A model generated the notes under the pieces. It was not told where the DNA came from. It made no database searches and saw only the letters and a program-made list of their open reading frames with translations. From contig CAUSKH010000001.1 of assembly GCA_963532195.1 (NCBI GenBank), forward strand, positions 1 through 57,861: DNA of 57,861 nucleotides. Reading direction: 5' to 3'. The position numbers were made by a program, and so were the translations under genes. Every line of letters starts with the position of its first letter. The first letter of the stretch is position 1. Source of the stretch: an uncultured Candidatus Saccharibacteria bacterium (lineage in GTDB: Bacteria; Patescibacteriota; Saccharimonadia; Saccharimonadales; Saccharimonadaceae). Below, one piece after another: positions 38,452-48,404 of the stretch.

Positions 38452-39819
38452 AATCTGGATATCTAGTCCAAAGCTCCAATTCTGTACGTAATAAATATCC
38501 AGCTTCCGTCGTTGTTCCCAAGGTAAATCTCGTCGACCGGATATCTGAGCTAATCCGGTGATGCCGGACTTTACATTGAGGATCTTGTGCTTCTGCTCGT
38601 ATCTGTTTAGCTCCTGAGGGATTAAGGCTCGTGGTCCAACCAGTGATATATCGCCCTTTAGCACGTTGAAGAGCTGAGGCAATTCGTCTAGAGAAAAACG
38701 ACGCAGGTAACGACCGATCGGGGTAACCCTGGGGTCGTCATCGAGGAAGTCACCATTAGCTCGATATTTCTCGATTAGCTCGGGCTTCCCCATTCGCTTG
38801 AAGGCCTGCTCGGGGGTGGTGCCGTCATACTTGGCGTACTGAGTCCGGAACTTATAGAGAGTGAAAAGCTGATCGCCTCTAGTTAACCTCACCTGGTGAA
38901 AGATAGCACTAACCTTGTGGTCAGTTAGCTTCTCGGCGATGAAGACTAAGAGAAAAACCGGCGACAAGATGATGATGGCGAAGAAGCTGGCGACGATATC
39001 AAATAGCCGCTTGATGATACGCCCCCAACCGATCAGACGAGTAGGCTCGACGATCATGACCGGGATATCACCCATAAATAACTCAGTCTCCAGGTGGTCC
39101 GATAAGTCGTTGACATCACTGGGGACAAACATAAAGTCGATGTAATGCTTCTGGGCAAAAGCCAGAATCTTACTGTCAACCTTGGGCTTCTCAGTGGTAG
39201 TGACCTGGATGATGATATTAGGCAGGAAGTTGGCCACCGCCTCATCGAAAGTCTTGTAATTAGTCCATTTTAATCGTCCATCACCGACGACACCTTGCAG
39301 GTGATAGCTGCTACCCGGTCGCTTAATATCTCTCACTAGTAATTTAGCTGTTTCATTGTCGCCAACGATTAAGACATTAGGCAGCCCAATGTTGCTTCGG
39401 TTGCGTAGATAGCGTCCCAAGTAGAGCAATCCCCGCACTAATCCTAAGAGGACGATGGATATCGCTAGGCCATAGAGGGGGACTTTCTTAGCCGGGAAGA
39501 CATGCTCAGCATAAAAATAGTCGATGAAGACCATGAAGATCATAGCTAAGAATGCCCCCAGTAGTAGGCGCCCAACGGTTGAGCTGGCGGTACGACGTTG
39601 GCTAGTCTGATAGAGACCGATCACGCTGAAAATTATGATGATAAAAGGAACTAATAGAAGGAGAGATTGGAGATAAGTGTTAGCAGGAATGGAGTTGTGA
39701 ATGGGTGTACCACTGATCTTAACTCGGAGGATAAAAGCGATACTATAGGCGCTGACTACAGCTAAGGCATCGCCGATCATAAGTAAGATAGTGAAGACAA
39801 ATGACGATCTGCCTCTCAT
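38404..39819 (-). CDS. undecaprenyl-phosphate sugar-1-phosphate priming transferase (WcaJ/WbaP/CpsE-like)
   Basis: KRLFDI, F.LYKFRT, DDPRVTPIG..LR..SLDELPQL.NVLKGD.SLVGPR, GITGLAQISGR, DIYYVQNWS; start at ATG 39819. Confidence 0.93.
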   Translation of the reverse strand: MRGRSSFVFTILLMIGDALAVVSAYSIAFILRVKISGTPIHNSIPANTYLQSLLLLVPFIIIIFSVIGLYQTSQRRTASSTVGRLLLGAFLAMIFMVFIDYFYAEHVFPAKKVPLYGLAISIVLLGLVRGLLYLGRYLRNRSNIGLPNVLIVGDNETAKLLVRDIKRPGSSYHLQGVVGDGRLKWTNYKTFDEAVANFLPNIIIQVTTTEKPKVDSKILAFAQKHYIDFMFVPSDVNDLSDHLETELFMGDIPVMIVEPTRLIGWGRIIKRLFDIVASFFAIIILSPVFLLVFIAEKLTDHKVSAIFHQVRLTRGDQLFTLYKFRTQYAKYDGTTPEQAFKRMGKPELIEKYRANGDFLDDDPRVTPIGRYLRRFSLDELPQLFNVLKGDISLVGPRALIPQELNRYEQKHKILNVKSGITGLAQISGRRDLPWEQRRKLDIYYVQNWSFGLDIQILFKTVRQVFTSRGAV

Positions 39820-39888
39820 ACCTATATATCTTACCACATATAGCGTTGCACTGGTGGTGGCTAGTTTGCTAAAATGCTAGAGTTAAGT

Positions 39889-41520
39889 ATGGTAAAGCGA
39901 GTTAAGTCTATTGATGGGTTCGTGGTACGACCTCGACCGGTTAGCCAACCGACTAAGAAGCCGGTCTCTAAGGCTTCTACTACCGGCGTTACTTCTCCCC
40001 GTCGGGTGCCTAATCGTCGCCCGGTGATGACACCGGAAGACAAGCTGCTGAGTGACATTGAGGACTCTCTGTCGCAAATTGGTGACCTAGACCTCGCTGA
40101 CGAGACACCGGCACATCCGACCAGACGTCGTCAGCGTCAAATGCCGGATCAGCCCAAGCTTAAGCCGAAGCGCCACTTATCCAAGGGCAAAATAATCAAG
40201 AGAATCATTATCATTATCATCGTTGTCCTCTTGGGGATAGCCGGTTACTTAGGGGTGAAAGCACTGCTGGCCAGCGGTAAGATCTTTAAGGGCAATCCCC
40301 TAGCCATCTTTATCAATAAAGCTCGCTTAGCGGAAGATAAAAACGGCCGAACCAATATCCTGATCTTCGGTACCTCGGGCTACTCGATGAGCGAGAACGC
40401 TTGGGACGGAGCTATGCTAACCGATTCGATCATGCTGGTATCCATCGACCAAGACAAGAATAACGCCTATATGATCAGCCTACCCCGAGACCTATATGTC
40501 AAGTATAAATGCCCGGCTCTCGGTCGTACCTCAGGTAAACTGAACGAGGTCTTTTACTGTGCCTATACTAAGAATAAGGATGAGAAAGCCGGGGCGCAGG
40601 CACTGATGAGTAAGGTCAGTGAGATCTTAGGACTGAACGTCCACTACTATATGCATGCCGACTGGACGGCGCTAGTTCAGTCAGTTAATGCGGTTGGCGG
40701 AGTAGATGTCAAGATTGAGAGTACTGACCGACGAGGTATCTATGACTCGGGGACGAAGCTACGTTTTGCTAATGGTGAGATTGCTCATCTAGACGGTGAA
40801 AAAGCTCTAGCTCTGGCTCGAGCCCGCAATCACAACCCGGGTGACTATGGCTTGGCCGGCAGTAACTATGACCGAGAGAAGAATCAACAAAAGATCCTAG
40901 CCGCCTTACAGCAGAAGGCTCTGGCGGTGGGGACGATTCTTAATCCCACCTCAGTGAATGGCTTGATTAACAGTATGGGTGACAATCTGATCTCCAGCTT
41001 TGACACCAGTCACGTCCAGACACTTATCGGCGTCGCCTCGAAGCTTAAGCTAGCCGAGATCAAACAGCTACCCTTCGTTGGGCGGCAAGATGGTGGTGAG
41101 GATCTAATTCAATCTTATTCTAGTGGTGGGGCCTATGTTGGCGAGGTACCGGTGGCCGGTGTATTCGACTACTGGGTGATCCAAGCTTATGTTGCTAAGA
41201 ATTTCAGCAAGAATCCGGTAGTACGGGAGGGTGCGGTGATAGATGTGCTGAACGGCTCAGGACAAGAAGGCTTAGCAGCCGGTAAGGCAGCCGGGCTAAA
41301 GACTGATGGCTATACCGTCGGGGTAATCTCTAATGCCCCGACTCTAGCTACACCGGCGGTGACGATTTATCAGCTGAATAGTGCCATGGTCAAGACAGCC
41401 GAAGCACTCAAGCATAAATACAATGTTGAGCTAGTTCAGGGCGGGCTAGCCGGTTATCATACCAAGTCAGACTTTGTCATCGTTTATGGTGCCGGCTCGG
41501 CTACTGTCGGTAGCCGTTAG
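39889..41520 (+). CDS. LCP (LytR-CpsA-Psr) family glycopolymer transferase with LytR_C domain
   Basis: TNILIFG, LTDSIML, SLPRDLYV, AVGGV.V, LDGEKALALARAR, R...QQ; C-terminal IDVLNGSG..GLA. Confidence 0.9.
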   Translation: MVKRVKSIDGFVVRPRPVSQPTKKPVSKASTTGVTSPRRVPNRRPVMTPEDKLLSDIEDSLSQIGDLDLADETPAHPTRRRQRQMPDQPKLKPKRHLSKGKIIKRIIIIIIVVLLGIAGYLGVKALLASGKIFKGNPLAIFINKARLAEDKNGRTNILIFGTSGYSMSENAWDGAMLTDSIMLVSIDQDKNNAYMISLPRDLYVKYKCPALGRTSGKLNEVFYCAYTKNKDEKAGAQALMSKVSEILGLNVHYYMHADWTALVQSVNAVGGVDVKIESTDRRGIYDSGTKLRFANGEIAHLDGEKALALARARNHNPGDYGLAGSNYDREKNQQKILAALQQKALAVGTILNPTSVNGLINSMGDNLISSFDTSHVQTLIGVASKLKLAEIKQLPFVGRQDGGEDLIQSYSSGGAYVGEVPVAGVFDYWVIQAYVAKNFSKNPVVREGAVIDVLNGSGQEGLAAGKAAGLKTDGYTVGVISNAPTLATPAVTIYQLNSAMVKTAEALKHKYNVELVQGGLAGYHTKSDFVIVYGAGSATVGSR

Positions 41521-42197
41521 ATTTTACCGGCAGCTAGGTAGCTAATCTTTTTACCTTCGGCCAGATAGCGTTCTTCGTAGGTGGTCTTGACGATAGCGTC
41601 ACCGGCTATTTTGTCGCCATATAGATCATGACTCAGCTGGTCAATCTGCCACTTCTCAGTAGTAAACTGCCGAACTGACCAGTCAAATAAGTTGTCGTTA
41701 TCGGTCTTTAGCTTGAGCTGACCGTTAGGCGTCAGTAGTTGATGGTAGCTGAGGAGGTGTTGCCGGTTAGTCAGGCGATGCTTGATGTTTGATTCTTGTG
41801 GCCAGGGGTCAGGGAAGGTTAGCCAGATTGTTTGGACCAGCTGATCGGGCAGGAGGCGTCGGAGATTATCGGCATTCGACCAGAGATAGAGGATATTAGT
41901 TAGTTTGAGCTCGTTGGCTAGCTTAGCACCCCGGTAAAGCCGATCACTTTTACGGTCTAGGGCAATGAATTGTCGATCGGGATGGGCTTCGGCAAGCTTA
42001 GTCAGAAACAGTCCATCACCGGCACCAACCTCCAGGGTGACCGGTAGTGAGCTATGTAGGATAGACTGCTTGGCCTCCTGCCACTTGGTCTCACTATAGC
42101 AATTAGCCAGCCTGGCAAAAGAAGCGAATTTATACAGTTTACGCTTCCTAGTGATGATATAGTTGTCAGGCTCTAGAGAGGGGTCGATATTCATCAT
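41517..42197 (-). CDS. trmB: tRNA (guanine-N7)-methyltransferase
   Basis: LEVGAGDG, FPDPWP, KHRLT, LKTDN, TTYEERY. Confidence 0.93.
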   Translation of the reverse strand: MMNIDPSLEPDNYIITRKRKLYKFASFARLANCYSETKWQEAKQSILHSSLPVTLEVGAGDGLFLTKLAEAHPDRQFIALDRKSDRLYRGAKLANELKLTNILYLWSNADNLRRLLPDQLVQTIWLTFPDPWPQESNIKHRLTNRQHLLSYHQLLTPNGQLKLKTDNDNLFDWSVRQFTTEKWQIDQLSHDLYGDKIAGDAIVKTTYEERYLAEGKKISYLAAGKI

Positions 42198-43063
42198 CCC
42201 TCAAGGTCGGCGATCGAGATATCGGACTTCTGCAGATTAGAAACTAGACGCTTGCGAAACTCGGCACTAACCTTCCACTGGTAGCCGGGCATGGTAGTGC
42301 CGCTGACAGTCACATTGATACCCTCTTTGCCGATCGTACCGAACTCGTCGTAATGCGGAGCGTCGACAATGGCTTTACTCCAGGTGCGATCACGGGCCAT
42401 GTCCTCCCCTGTCTGGTTAATCACTTTGATAATATCGTCAACATTAGTGCCGACATCGACGGCAAAGGTGAAACGAAACTTAGAGTAGCCTAACGTACGG
42501 TTAATGACCTCGGTGATAGAGCCGTTAGGGACGATATGAACATTGCCGTCCCGATCCCTCAGAGTAGTCTTGCGTAGGGTGATGGAGCGAACCGTTCCCT
42601 CGACCGGGATGCTGGGGAAGCCGACCCCGGACAGGCGCACCACATCGTCAACCCGGTACTGATTTTCCAGTACGATCAAGAATCCGGCCAGCATATCTTT
42701 GACGACCGCCTGAGCACCAAAGCCGAGTGCCACGCCGATCACTCCGGCTGAAGCGATGACCGGCGCCAGGTTAATCCCCATATCAGTTAAGACGGTGTAG
42801 ATAGCCGTCAGAATGATCATTAGCTTGATGATAAAAGAGAAGAGATCGGCTAAAGTCTTGGCTCGTTTCTGTCGCTCGATCTTATTTAGATTTGTCTCAT
42901 ATCGCTGTGCCTTAACGAAGCGGTTGATGATAGTGTGAGCCAGAGGTCTAGTTGCTTTACATAACAGATAAGCGACGACGATCGTCACCAGGATCTGAAC
43001 CGAGTTTAGATCATTAAACCACTTGATCAAGCTATGCACATAATGAGCGATCATCTCATCCAT
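42194..43063 (-). CDS. mscS: small-conductance mechanosensitive channel
   Basis: AGVIGVALGFGAQ..VKD..AG, ENQYRVDD, GTV..I.LR.T.LRD.DG.VHIVPNG.I. Confidence 0.9.
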   Translation of the reverse strand: MDEMIAHYVHSLIKWFNDLNSVQILVTIVVAYLLCKATRPLAHTIINRFVKAQRYETNLNKIERQKRAKTLADLFSFIIKLMIILTAIYTVLTDMGINLAPVIASAGVIGVALGFGAQAVVKDMLAGFLIVLENQYRVDDVVRLSGVGFPSIPVEGTVRSITLRKTTLRDRDGNVHIVPNGSITEVINRTLGYSKFRFTFAVDVGTNVDDIIKVINQTGEDMARDRTWSKAIVDAPHYDEFGTIGKEGINVTVSGTTMPGYQWKVSAEFRKRLVSNLQKSDISIADLEG

Positions 43064-43086
43064 GGCTATATTGTAGCAGAGATTAG

Positions 43087-43692
43087 CTAGTTGTCATCCG
43101 ACCTAGCCTGGTTCGGACTGGGAGTCGGTTTCTTGCGGAAGGGATTGTCCAGCTTGGGGTCAAGGAAGTGTGAACCCTCGCTACCGGGCGAAGCTTGTTT
43201 CTGCTGGACTGTGGGAGCCTTGACGATAATTCGTTTCGGCTCAATCTTGATAATTTGCTGGCGGTTAATCACCACATTAGCCACCAAAAACCTTTGTAGT
43301 AGGGTCGGCTTGACGTAGAGCTGACGAATCATAAAATTAACCGGGTCGACGGTAAAGCTATCTACTTTGCCTATCTTCTGATGATGATCGTCTGATACGG
43401 GTAGTCCTGTGAGGAGAAAGTTATAATTGATCACTTCCAGCAGGCGCACCATCCCCTCGGGCGATAGAATATTGTCCGACGAATCAACGATGGCGCCGAT
43501 CTCGCCAAACTCTCGGATATCGTCGGTGAAAACTACGGCCGGCTTGAAATCTACTTTCGGACCACTGACGTAGAAAGCAACGATCCGTAGATTGCGGGGG
43601 TTGATGATCGGGCTATCGAGACGGGCCAGGGGCTGCCCGGTCTGCAGACTCATCACCGGTGCCCCGATCAGATGATTAATCCCTACTAACAT
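43087..43692 (-). CDS. tandem PRC-barrel domain protein
   Basis: LIGAPVMSLQTG..L......I.P..L.IVAF, and a second barrel LTGLPV.DDH..KIGKV..F.VDP. Confidence 0.65.
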   Translation of the reverse strand: MLVGINHLIGAPVMSLQTGQPLARLDSPIINPRNLRIVAFYVSGPKVDFKPAVVFTDDIREFGEIGAIVDSSDNILSPEGMVRLLEVINYNFLLTGLPVSDDHHQKIGKVDSFTVDPVNFMIRQLYVKPTLLQRFLVANVVINRQQIIKIEPKRIIVKAPTVQQKQASPGSEGSHFLDPKLDNPFRKKPTPSPNQARSDDN

Positions 43693-43716
43693 ATTAGATA
43701 TATTTTAGCATAAGAG

Positions 43717-44337
43717 CTATGAGGTGTTTTGCTGTTCATGGTACCGCTCAATTGCTCTGTTGATGTCGTCGTATCTGAAGCCGGCTCTAGCTAGATAGGC
43801 TTTGAGCTTGTTGATATCATCATAGCGATGATACTTCTTAGTGACTAGATTAGTCAGGGCATCATTATCATCAGCCATGCCGGCTCCCTCGTCTAAGACT
43901 TGCTGAATAATCCGGTGACTGATGCCTTTATTGACCAGATCTCGCTCGATTCGGCGACGGGAGTACTTCCGGGTAGACCGGCGAGACCGAACGAAAGCCC
44001 GAGCGAAAACCGGATCATTCAGATAGCCTCTATCATACAGACGGGCAATGACCCGCTCGGTATTATCCTTACTCCACTGCTTGCGTCCGGCATAATCTCG
44101 GATCTCCCGCTCGGAGCGGAGCCGTCGGCTGATCAGATCGACCGCTCTGATGTAATTCTTACCAAAGTTCGACTCAGTCTGAAGCTCAGCCAGCTTAGTC
44201 TCGTCGATTTCCTGTCCACTATGGAGGCTATGCTGGACCAGCTGAAACTCGTCCAGGCTAAAGCTGTAATGACCGTCGACGAAGATATTATAGCGACCGG
44301 CAGTTCCGGCGGCTGGGGCGACCTTGGTGATGTGCAT
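43717..44337 (-). CDS. recX: RecA regulator RecX
   Basis: A...ISRRLRSEREIR, GYLND..FA, L..KGI, YLARAGF; immediately downstream of recA. Confidence 0.9.
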   Translation of the reverse strand: MHITKVAPAAGTAGRYNIFVDGHYSFSLDEFQLVQHSLHSGQEIDETKLAELQTESNFGKNYIRAVDLISRRLRSEREIRDYAGRKQWSKDNTERVIARLYDRGYLNDPVFARAFVRSRRSTRKYSRRRIERDLVNKGISHRIIQQVLDEGAGMADDNDALTNLVTKKYHRYDDINKLKAYLARAGFRYDDINRAIERYHEQQNTS

Positions 44338-44350
44338 AGGCTAGGTAAGC

Positions 44351-45388
44351 TCAGAGATTCTCTTTGTCGGCGACTGATTGGCGAACTTTGCCGTCAATCT
44401 CGGCTAATTTATCGGGGTTGTCTCTAAGATATTTTTTAGCTGCCTCACGACCTTGCCCAATCGTCTCGTCATTATATTTATAAAAAGCACCCGACTTCTG
44501 AACGATATCGTGCATGACTGCCAAGTCTAAAACATCACCGGTGGTAGAAATGCCTTCGTTATACATGATGTCAAACTCTGCCTGGCGAAATGGCGGGGCA
44601 ATCTTATTTTTGACAATCTTGACCCTGACTCGGTTGCCGATCACGTCGTCGCCCTGCTTGATCTGGCCGATCCGACGGATATCGAGGCGTTGTGAGGCGT
44701 AGAACTTGAGGGCGTTACCGCCGGTGGTTGTCTCGGGATTGCCAAACATGACGCCGATCTTCATCCGAATCTGGTTGATGAAGATGACCGTTGCCTTACT
44801 CTTATTGATGATGCCGGTTAACTTGCGGAGAGCTTGTGACATTAATCGAGCTTGGAGTCCGGGCAGGCTATCACCCATATCACCGTCAATTTCCGCCTGA
44901 GGTACTAGAGCGGCGACGCTATCCAGCACTATCACATCGACGGCGTTAGAACGAACCAAAGTCTCGACTATCTCCAGAGCTTGTTCGCCATTGTCGGGTT
45001 GGCTGACCAGTAGGTCGTTAATATTGACACCCAGGCGACCGGCGTATTGTGGGTCAAGAGCATGCTCAGCGTCGATGAAAGCGGCGGTACCACCGGCTTT
45101 CTGAATCTCAGCTACGGCATGCAGGGCTAGGGTAGTTTTGCCGGACGACTCAGGACCATATATCTCGATAATGCGCCCTCTGGGGTAGCCACCACCTAGT
45201 GCTAAGTCTAGCGACAGAGTGCCTGATGGTGAGGTCTCGACATTGATCTTATAGGCATCACCCAGCTTCATGATTGAGCCATCGCCGAATTGCTTGCTAA
45301 TCTGACTAACGGCTAGATCCAGTGCTTCCTTCCTACCGCTATCGTCGGCTGATTTCTTTGCCATCGTCTTACTTTCCTTCTTCGCCAT
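44351..45388 (-). CDS. recA: recombinase RecA
   Basis: [46 protein letters not shown]. Confidence 0.99.
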   Translation of the reverse strand: MAKKESKTMAKKSADDSGRKEALDLAVSQISKQFGDGSIMKLGDAYKINVETSPSGTLSLDLALGGGYPRGRIIEIYGPESSGKTTLALHAVAEIQKAGGTAAFIDAEHALDPQYAGRLGVNINDLLVSQPDNGEQALEIVETLVRSNAVDVIVLDSVAALVPQAEIDGDMGDSLPGLQARLMSQALRKLTGIINKSKATVIFINQIRMKIGVMFGNPETTTGGNALKFYASQRLDIRRIGQIKQGDDVIGNRVRVKIVKNKIAPPFRQAEFDIMYNEGISTTGDVLDLAVMHDIVQKSGAFYKYNDETIGQGREAAKKYLRDNPDKLAEIDGKVRQSVADKENL

Positions 45389-45445
45389 CTATCCTCCTCC
45401 AGTAATTAACTAAATTATAGCATGACCTCGTGGTAAAATATGACC

Positions 45446-45829
45446 ATGTATCTGGCACTAAAGACTGACCAAGCCGAAGTGGAGTTATATCTACTGACTA
45501 GTGATGGTGAAATAGCGAAACAAAAGATCTGGCTGGCTGATCGGGAGCTGGCCCGGGATCTGCCGGGTGAGATAGACGCTTTGCTCGGTGGTAAATACGA
45601 GGAATTAAAAGGAATAATTGTCTTTAAGGGGCCGGGATCTTTTACCGGACTACGGATCGGAGCTGCTGTAGCTAATGCCATCGCCTATGCTCAGCAAATT
45701 AACATAGTAGGTACTACCGGGGATGAATGGCGAGCTGGTGGGGTTAGACGCTTACGAGCAGGTGATAACGATAAAATCGTCCTACCGACTTATGGGGCGA
45801 GGCCGCACATCACTTCAGCAAAGAAATAA
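45446..45829 (+). CDS. tsaB: t6A biosynthesis protein TsaB (short form)
   Basis: GPGSFTGLRIG..VANA; start taken at ATG 45446, with TGGTAAAAT 6 nt upstream. Confidence 0.85.
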   Translation: MYLALKTDQAEVELYLLTSDGEIAKQKIWLADRELARDLPGEIDALLGGKYEELKGIIVFKGPGSFTGLRIGAAVANAIAYAQQINIVGTTGDEWRAGGVRRLRAGDNDKIVLPTYGARPHITSAKK

Positions 45830-46010
45830 ATAGCGATCAGCCTACCTTAGCTAAAATATTCGTTGACTAATTTGATTTAAGCAGCTAAAGAGCCCGGTCT
45901 GCCGGACCATGTATGCTACAATTGACGTAGGTAGACTTTTTACCGCATGAACTAAGTGATTAAATCTGATATACATTTCTAGCCTTGGCTAGAACCGGAA
46001 AGGAAGCAAT

Positions 46011-47498
46011 ATGATATATGTACTGATCGCCCTAGTGGCGTTTGCTATTGGTGGCGGAGTAGCTCTAGCTGTCGCTAAGTCTCGTAACGCTAAGGCGGAG
46101 ACGACTGTTGACCAGATGATTGCCGATGCTAAGAACAAGGCTAGTGAAATCATCCTCAATGCCAGTCGTTCAGCCAAGAAAGAAGCTGACGATATTCGTC
46201 GTGAAGTGAAGAAGGCTGAAGATAAGGTGGCAGAGCGAGAGCACTCATTGATCAATAAGATCAGTGAGCTGGACACCAGGTCAGAGAAGCTACGCCAGAG
46301 TGAGCAGGAGATAGAGGATTTGAAGGGTGAGATCATCCAAATCAAAGAACAGGCTCATTCCAAGCTGGAGAAGATCGCCGGGCTGACCAAGAAACAAGCG
46401 GCCGAGAAACTGATGAAAGCGACTGAGAAAGAGACTAAAGGTGACCTGGTTGAGCTGGTCGATAAGCTACAGCGAGATGCTGAGAGCGATGCCGAACAGC
46501 GGGCTGAGATGATCATCGTGACGGCGATGGAGCGCCTCGCCTCTGATGTAACAGCAGAGCGGACTATTACGGCGATTGAGCTGCCTGACGATGAGATGAA
46601 AGGGCGTATCATCGGTAAAGAGGGGCGCAATATTCAGGCCCTACAACGAGCTACCGGGGTGGATATCTTGGTCGACGATACACCGGGCATGGTGGTGCTC
46701 AGCTCGTTTGACCCGGTGCGACGCCAGATTGCTCGCCTGTCACTAGAGATGCTGATGAAAGACGGCCGGATTCACCCGGCTCGGATTGAGGAGGTGGTAG
46801 CCAAGGCGGAGCGCCAGATCGATAAAGAAGTTCAAAGAGCCGGCGAGGACGCTGCTCGGGAAGCCGGTGTAGTTGGCATCCCGACAGAGATGGTGCACTT
46901 ACTGGGCGAGCTGAAGTTTCGTACCAGCTATGGGCAGAATGTTCTCAAGCATTCTATTGAGATGGCTCAGTTGGCCGGGATGATCGCCGAGGAGATCGGC
47001 GCCGATGTGCGCATCAGTAAGACGGCTGCTTTGCTCCATGATGTAGGCAAGGCGGTAACCCACCGGATAGAGGGTAAGCACCACCATATCGGGGCAGCAC
47101 TGGCTCGTAAATACGGTATGGACGAGCGGATCGCTCATGCTATAGAGGCACACCATGACGATATCGAGGCGACCACGCCGGAGGCAATCATCGTTCGGGT
47201 CTGTGATGCTATGTCAGGTGCCAGGCCGGGGGCTCGTAATGTCAGCTCAGAGAACTTTGCCGAGCGGATGAAAGATCTGGAGAATATCGCTACATCATTT
47301 GATGGTATCGATAAAGCCTACGCCATTTCGGCCGGCCGGGAGATCAGAGTGATGGTCAGCCCTGAGAAGATTGATGATCTGTCGTCGGTCAAACTAGCCC
47401 GAGATATCGCTAATAAGATTGAATCGACCATGCAGTACCCGGGTACGATCAAGGTTAACGTTATCCGAGAGACCAGAGCGATAGAGTACGCTAAATAG
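46011..47498 (+). CDS. rny: ribonuclease Y
   Basis: TM, coiled coil, KH (MKGRIIGKEGRNI), HD (RTSYGQNVL.HS, LLHDVGK), AISAGRE.RV. Confidence 0.98.
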   Translation: MIYVLIALVAFAIGGGVALAVAKSRNAKAETTVDQMIADAKNKASEIILNASRSAKKEADDIRREVKKAEDKVAEREHSLINKISELDTRSEKLRQSEQEIEDLKGEIIQIKEQAHSKLEKIAGLTKKQAAEKLMKATEKETKGDLVELVDKLQRDAESDAEQRAEMIIVTAMERLASDVTAERTITAIELPDDEMKGRIIGKEGRNIQALQRATGVDILVDDTPGMVVLSSFDPVRRQIARLSLEMLMKDGRIHPARIEEVVAKAERQIDKEVQRAGEDAAREAGVVGIPTEMVHLLGELKFRTSYGQNVLKHSIEMAQLAGMIAEEIGADVRISKTAALLHDVGKAVTHRIEGKHHHIGAALARKYGMDERIAHAIEAHHDDIEATTPEAIIVRVCDAMSGARPGARNVSSENFAERMKDLENIATSFDGIDKAYAISAGREIRVMVSPEKIDDLSSVKLARDIANKIESTMQYPGTIKVNVIRETRAIEYAK

Positions 47499-47686
47499 CG
47501 CAGTGATCTCCTCGTTACACATTATTGCAAAAATGCATTTTTGTGTAATGAGTGCTATAAGGAGTATTATAGAGCGAAGCTTCACAATACGATTCTGTCT
47601 ACAGGACGAAGTTTATGGCTTTGAGAGATATCAGGATACTGGAGTACTATATTAACAAGTAGTTAGAGTAAGAAAGGAAGTTTACT

Positions 47687-48238
47687 ATGGTGCTAAGAAC
47701 AAACAGGTTAATCTTGCGTAACTGGAAAGAAAGTGATGCGGATGATCTGTATAAATATGCTAGTGACCCTGATATAGGACCGAGTTGTGGATGGCCACCA
47801 CATCGGGATATCGCAGAGAGCCTTAACATTATCAAGAATGTGCTAATTGGGGAGGAGTCGTATGCGGTCTGCCTACAGGAAGACGACAAAGTCATTGGGG
47901 ATATTAAACTGAAGCTAAAGCATAGCGATATAGTCAAGAGAGATGATGAATGCGAAGTCGGTTGTTGGATCGGCAAGCCTTTTTGGGGTCAAGGCTTAAT
48001 GTCAGAAGCCTTAGAGGAAGTAATGCGACATGCTTTCGAAGATATTGGTATGAATAAGATATGGGCTTGTTACTACGAAGGTAACGATAGATCAAAACGC
48101 CTTCAGGAGAAAGCCGGATTCAAGTACCAGTGGAGTAATAAAGAAGCTGATGTTCCGCTGATGCATGAGAAGCGAACTGAGTGCGTGAACGCCATCACTA
48201 AAGAGGAGTGGCTTACTAAGCGGAGCTCTACAGCCTAG
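47687..48238 (+). CDS. GNAT N-acetyltransferase (RimJ/RimL family)
   Basis: LRTNRLILR.W..SDA, GWPPH, EVGCWIGKPFWGQGLM.EA, N.RSKR.QEK.GF. Confidence 0.88.
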   Translation: MVLRTNRLILRNWKESDADDLYKYASDPDIGPSCGWPPHRDIAESLNIIKNVLIGEESYAVCLQEDDKVIGDIKLKLKHSDIVKRDDECEVGCWIGKPFWGQGLMSEALEEVMRHAFEDIGMNKIWACYYEGNDRSKRLQEKAGFKYQWSNKEADVPLMHEKRTECVNAITKEEWLTKRSSTA

Positions 48239-48263
48239 AGTGTAGTGGGCTAGCACCCTGCAT

Positions 48264-48291
48264 TTGCCATATTACAGATATCTGATATACT
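48264..48291 (+). promoter_or_regulatory. tRNA operon promoter
   Basis: TTGCCA-16 nt-TATACT with TG extension, 17 nt before the first tRNA. Confidence 0.6.
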
Positions 48292-48308
48292 ACTTAACGT
48301 ATTTGTCC

Positions 48309-48385
48309 GGCACCGTAGCTCAGCTGGTCAGAGCGTGGGACTCATAAGCCCGAGGTCACTGGTTCGAGCCCAGTCGGTGCTACCA
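48309..48385 (+). tRNA. tRNA-CAT, elongator Met (Ile2 not excluded)
   Basis: Acceptor GGCACCG/CGGTGCT, D-arm TAGCTCAGCTGGTCAGAGC, loop CTCATAA, GGTTCGAGCCC, encoded CCA. Confidence 0.92.
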
Positions 48386-48404
48386 AGTGGACTATACAAT
48401 TGAT

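Noticed and set aside
45830..46010. 6S RNA upstream of rny
   Set aside because: Only ~80 nt lie between the -10 box and the start codon, and no long rod with a central bubble is visible.
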